This document shows positions 60,226 to 64,000 of a DNA stretch of 64,000 bases, in pieces; the stretch's first letter is position 1, and each line of letters opens with the position of its first letter. The notes under the pieces are model-generated. The model saw only the letters and a list, made by a program, of their open reading frames with translations. It was not told the DNA's origin and did no database searches. The translations under genes and the position numbers were made by a program. Origin of the DNA: Euryarchaeota archaeon UBA256 (GTDB lineage Archaea > Thermoplasmatota > Poseidoniia > Poseidoniales > Poseidoniaceae); contig DACE01000010.1 of the NCBI GenBank assembly GCA_002494645.1, positions 80,559-144,558 on the forward strand. Direction: 5' to 3'.

Positions 60226-61155
60226 ATGCCTCCACCCCTGTGCATGGGGTCGGCCTTTCGCTTGGCTATGATGCTCATCGTTTTGTTGTGTATACCCTCC
60301 ACTCTTTCCCAATCCCAATCCGTTGAAGAACGTACAGAACAACCCCGTGGGCAGCTCCTTGATATCCGCTATATCTCATACGAATGCCTCACCTCATCAA
60401 CGTGTGAACCTTCTCAACCTGAGCACCTCATCGAATACTTTAGTGCAGATTGGTGCGAACCGTGCCTCCAAGTCTCGGACCAGTTGAACAACTATAGCGA
60501 AAACGGGAGCATCATCCTTCAACATCATCCTTCAGCTTTGGATGAAACATTCCTCTCCGCTTCCAAATTACGCTTTGACACTGAATATCGGTTGCTGTTT
60601 TATCCCTCCATCGTGGTTGACGGTTCTTTCCTGCTGACGGGCTCACGCCAAGCCATGGACCTCAACACAACGCTCGATAATTCAAGCACAAACTGGAGTG
60701 GTTTTAATTCTATAGAATACTCTAATGGGACGCTCTCATGGGATACTTCAACAGGAGAACTGGTGCGGATTTGGCAACTTGAACCAACACCGCATACCAC
60801 TCTTGACCGAACGCATGCTCGTCTTGCTCAGCAATTCATAGTTCACTCGACCAATACCTCATCGATATCCCTGAATGCTAGCACCCTTCCTGAACATAGC
60901 GCCTTTGTAGTGATGCTCGAAAACAAAGGAATACGCCAACTCAGTGCTGGTTCTCTAGCACCCACTGGCCTCGTGGATGTTAGTCCTGACAATGATGTCA
61001 TGGCAGACCAAGAATCCTCGCTTCGTCCGTCTTCTCTGGCCCTCATTGTAGCCGGCTTGCTGATGGCTTTGCTGGCCCCAGCAATTCTCCTTCAACGCAA
61101 CGAGATGATGCGAAAGCGTCAACGAGATGTCGTGATACGACAGGCAAAAGAGTGA
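60226..61155 (+). CDS. secreted thioredoxin-fold protein with WCEPC active-site motif and C-terminal TM anchor
   Basis: Signal peptide; FSADWCEPC (CxxC); divergent from ctaA. Confidence 0.5.
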   Translation: MPPPLCMGSAFRLAMMLIVLLCIPSTLSQSQSVEERTEQPRGQLLDIRYISYECLTSSTCEPSQPEHLIEYFSADWCEPCLQVSDQLNNYSENGSIILQHHPSALDETFLSASKLRFDTEYRLLFYPSIVVDGSFLLTGSRQAMDLNTTLDNSSTNWSGFNSIEYSNGTLSWDTSTGELVRIWQLEPTPHTTLDRTHARLAQQFIVHSTNTSSISLNASTLPEHSAFVVMLENKGIRQLSAGSLAPTGLVDVSPDNDVMADQESSLRPSSLALIVAGLLMALLAPAILLQRNEMMRKRQRDVVIRQAKE

Positions 61156-61207
61156 GGTAGGTTCAAAAAGAGTAGGCCGCTCGGCTACTTGCGAATTACC
61201 TTCGCAG

Positions 61208-61468
61208 GTGCCAATCATGGTCAAGCCAGCACGACTCCACACACGATTTGAACGAGCACGAATTATTGGCGCACGCGCCCTCCAAATTGGAATGGGTGCT
61301 CCACTCTATGCTACCGAGGAAGTCCTTCGTGATGAATTCAAAGAAGAGCTGGTCTCGCTTTACGGTCTTGAAGAGGCTGCGATCCGTTTCGTTCTTGACC
61401 CTCTCAAAATCGCTCTCTATGAATATGAGAATCATTTGATTCCCATCGACATCGACCCTCACGAATGA
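61208..61468 (+). CDS. rpoK: DNA-directed RNA polymerase subunit K (Rpb6 homolog)
   Basis: [20 protein letters not shown] matches the RpoK/Rpb6 signature. Confidence 0.85.
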   Translation: MPIMVKPARLHTRFERARIIGARALQIGMGAPLYATEEVLRDEFKEELVSLYGLEEAAIRFVLDPLKIALYEYENHLIPIDIDPHE

Positions 61469-62565
61469 GGAGAACCATCTGAAGAAAAGCCGTAGAATTC
61501 GGCTTGCTCCACATCGGGTAATCTTTCACGTTTCACCAAAAGGGTTCGAACCGCCCACAGGTCAACAAATACACGGTATTTGGTCGTAGCATCGAGGTAA
61601 TCAACACCGCTCGACCCCCCTGTGCCCATGCGGCGCCCAATCATCCGTTCAACCATGCGTGCGTGATGGGTTCTGAACAACAACATCGATTGTTCCAGTT
61701 CAACAAAACTGTCGATGAGGCGGCGTGGCCAGGATAGAAGAGGCAAATCCCGATATGATTCAATGAAGAGGAGTCCTGCACGTGCTCTGTTGAGCACGCC
61801 ATCTTGCAATAGGAAGGCCTCTGCCCCAGTCCGGCTGGACTCGATTCGTGGACGAACGCTCGCCTCGTCTCCATGCCCAATAGCAACCATGTGAGCAATA
61901 ACTTCCTCTCCATGAATTTGCATGGCTTCAAGATGACCTGCAACGTAGGCCATTACTGATTCTTGATCGCCCTGAGTTTCGGGAGTTGAACCATGGATTG
62001 GCGTTCTGGCCAACCATGCAATCAACGCATCGTTGAGTGAAGGGGACTCATGCGTGCTGTGGAAATCCTGGAGGGCTTGTTGTGGGACTTTTCCTTCCCC
62101 AGCGAGTTTCTCCATGTGGGCCAGGGGGTCCATTCCACCGACACGCTGCTCTTGTTCCAGACCGAGGAGGACTTCGAGTTCCCTCATTTGCCAGGATTCA
62201 AATCCGGAAGAGGTACCCAATCGGTCTCTGAAGGCCAAAAAATCCTGGGGCGCGAGAGTTTCCATGACTTTCCACTGGTCTGCCAGAAGGCGAAAGATTT
62301 CACTGACGCGTTCAAGATGTCGTACAATCTTGGGGATAGCGTGCTCTTCCACTTTTTGTTGAGCAAGCAGGTCTCTCGCTTCTTTGAGTTCCCTGAGAAT
62401 TAACTTAAACCAGAGTTCAAAGGTCTGGTGGACCACAATGAAATGCAGTTCATCATGCGATGGCGCCGGCAGATAGCCATCGGGTCCATCCTGCAATGAC
62501 AATAAGGATTCAAGTTGAAGGTAATTCCCGTAGGTCATCCGATGAGAGGGGGCGTTGCCGACCAT
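61459..62565 (-). CDS. kynA: tryptophan 2,3-dioxygenase
   Basis: [16 protein letters not shown]...[24 protein letters not shown] matches TDO N-terminal and heme-pocket motifs. Confidence 0.7.
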   Translation of the reverse strand: MVGNAPSHRMTYGNYLQLESLLSLQDGPDGYLPAPSHDELHFIVVHQTFELWFKLILRELKEARDLLAQQKVEEHAIPKIVRHLERVSEIFRLLADQWKVMETLAPQDFLAFRDRLGTSSGFESWQMRELEVLLGLEQEQRVGGMDPLAHMEKLAGEGKVPQQALQDFHSTHESPSLNDALIAWLARTPIHGSTPETQGDQESVMAYVAGHLEAMQIHGEEVIAHMVAIGHGDEASVRPRIESSRTGAEAFLLQDGVLNRARAGLLFIESYRDLPLLSWPRRLIDSFVELEQSMLLFRTHHARMVERMIGRRMGTGGSSGVDYLDATTKYRVFVDLWAVRTLLVKRERLPDVEQAEFYGFSSDGSPHS

Positions 62566-62726
62566 GATGTGTCATGCGACAGGAGCCCCATGAACCCTTC
62601 ACTCCTTTCGTCAATCTCAACGACCTCAAACGATGATGTTCTAATCCCTCATAGGCTGATTCCAACGGACATTCGATTAAGCAAAGACGACATAACCCTC
62701 ATAGAGCGAATACGAAACCCCTCCTT

Positions 62727-63839
62727 ATGGGCGTACCTATAGAAGCAGTGCGAAATTGGCTCGCCGACTACGACAAAGATGCCATTACCATTGGAGTAGT
62801 TGCCTCGCACTCCTCGCTTCAAATCCTTCATGGCGCACGTCAAGAGGGCTTCAAAACCCTCGGAATTGCGGTAGGAGAGAACCGACGCCGCTTCTACAAA
62901 GCCTTCCCCGGTGCAGACCCCGACGAATGGCTGATGCTGGATGACTACCGTGAAATGCTTGACCATGCAGAATGGTTCCGCGAAAAGAACGTCATTCTTG
63001 TTCCTCATGGGTCCCTCGTTGAATATCTTGGTGCCACGAATTTTAGAAGTTTGAACGTCCCAACCTTCGGCAACCGTAACATCTTGCACTGGGAAAGCAG
63101 TCGAGCCCTGCAGCGCCAATGGTTAGAAAGCGGAGGTTGTACCATGCCACAAGTGATTGAAGATCCGCACAAGATTGCAGGGCCCGTGATTGTCAAGTAT
63201 GCAGGGGCGAAGGGTGGAAGAGGATACTTCATTGCCAGAGATTACCGTGATTTCCGCCGAAACGTGGACATTGAAGAAGAATTTACCATCCAAGAATACG
63301 TGCTTGGGTGCCGGTATTATCTTCATTTCTTTTTCGACCCCCTTTCCAAGGATGGTTACCAAGTCCAAGGACGAGGGCCACATGCTGGAAAATCATTGGG
63401 GCGTCTTGAATTGCTCTCAATGGACCGTCGTGACGAGAGCAACGTTGATGAATTTTACAAATTGGGTTCTCTACGTGACCTCCGTGAAATGTCACTCGAA
63501 CCCTCCTTTGTCGTCACAGGAAACCAGCCTGTGGTCATCCGTGAATCATTGTTGCCAAAGGCCTTCGAGATGGCTGAAGGAACGGTCGCTGCATCCTACA
63601 ACCTCGAAGAGGAATCCCGCGGGATGCTAGGCCCCTTCTGTCTTGAGACCATCGTGACAGACCAACTTGAATTCAAGGTGTTTGAAATCAGCGCACGGAT
63701 TGTAGCGGGTTCCAATCCTTTCATCGGAGGATCGCCTTACTCAGACATCAACGAACCGTTCATGTCAACCGGACGTCGAATTGCTCGCTCCATCAAAAAG
63801 GCGCTGGAAGCAGGCCGCCTGGATGAAATCGTCTCGTGA
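62727..63839 (+). CDS. purP: 5-formaminoimidazole-4-carboxamide ribonucleotide synthetase (archaeal PurP family, ATP-grasp)
   Basis: IGVVASHSSLQILHGARQEGFKTLGIA and ATP-grasp architecture typical of PurP. Confidence 0.65.
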   Translation: MGVPIEAVRNWLADYDKDAITIGVVASHSSLQILHGARQEGFKTLGIAVGENRRRFYKAFPGADPDEWLMLDDYREMLDHAEWFREKNVILVPHGSLVEYLGATNFRSLNVPTFGNRNILHWESSRALQRQWLESGGCTMPQVIEDPHKIAGPVIVKYAGAKGGRGYFIARDYRDFRRNVDIEEEFTIQEYVLGCRYYLHFFFDPLSKDGYQVQGRGPHAGKSLGRLELLSMDRRDESNVDEFYKLGSLRDLREMSLEPSFVVTGNQPVVIRESLLPKAFEMAEGTVAASYNLEEESRGMLGPFCLETIVTDQLEFKVFEISARIVAGSNPFIGGSPYSDINEPFMSTGRRIARSIKKALEAGRLDEIVS

Positions 63840-63846
63840 TGAGATT

Positions 63847-64000
63847 CAATCTTCATCGGCCTGTTCGTCCATCAGGGCATCAAGGTCAGGTGCACCGGGA
63901 AGAACATCTTCTTGCTCGGTATCAACTTCATCAGAATGAAGGTCTTCTGTCTCATTTTGGCCCGAAGTTCCCTGTTCTGCCAAGCGAAGCTCCTCTTCGA
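63847..64000 (-). CDS. C-terminal fragment of an unidentified protein with an acidic tail (5' end beyond the window)
   Basis: Minus-strand frame open from the window end to the TGA at 63847-63849; tail ...EEELRLAEQGTSGQNETEDLHSDEVDTEQEDVLPGAPDLDALMDEQADED*. Confidence 0.3.

Noticed and set aside
1-64000. Search for CRISPR arrays, IS elements, integrases or prophage genes
   Set aside because: No regularly spaced direct repeats and no transposase, integrase or phage structural motifs seen. The window looks like core chromosome.

Overview
This 64 kb window reads as a gene-dense (>90% coding) archaeal chromosomal segment with GC near 50%. Informational genes are archaeal: aIF2-gamma, ribosomal protein S6e, RpoK, Orc1/Cdc6, and a complete A-type ATP synthase operon in the order atpHIKECFAB-D. 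Other recognisable genes include Dph2, archaeal Hpt and PurP, class II HMG-CoA reductase, SMC-ScpA-ScpB, gyrase B, heme O/A synthases, NadB, PanE and UbiE/MenG. Large secreted and membrane-anchored peptidases are abundant (an HExxH protease with PKD repeats, an M28 peptidase, an M61 peptidase with a PDZ domain). The overall content is consistent with a Thermoplasmatota / Marine Group II (Poseidoniales)-like archaeon; this is inference from gene content only. I found one tRNA-Ser(GCU) and no rRNA, CRISPR array, transposase, integrase or prophage genes. The most unusual loci are six, listed here and detailed in the findings. (1) A minus-strand operon encoding an Orc1/AAA+-like protein whose Walker-A lysine is replaced by arginine and which carries a C-terminal wHTH domain, together with a beta-propeller protein and a small protein; its divergent promoter region holds about six GCGTTAA/TTAACGC half-sites, including a perfect TAACGCGTTA palindrome, directly upstream of hmgA. 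(2) A four-gene minus-strand block: a pilin-like membrane protein with a lamin-tail domain followed by three tandem KaiC/RecA-superfamily paralogs, of which only one has an intact P-loop. (3) An S2P/M50-like polytopic membrane protein whose zinc-ligand motifs are degenerate and which carries a large extracytoplasmic domain. (4) A thymidylate kinase fused to an uncharacterised C-terminal domain of about 250 aa. (5) A bacterial-type class II CCA-adding enzyme placed back-to-back with a small ParB/sulfiredoxin-fold gene. (6) A tryptophan 2,3-dioxygenase in an archaeal context.
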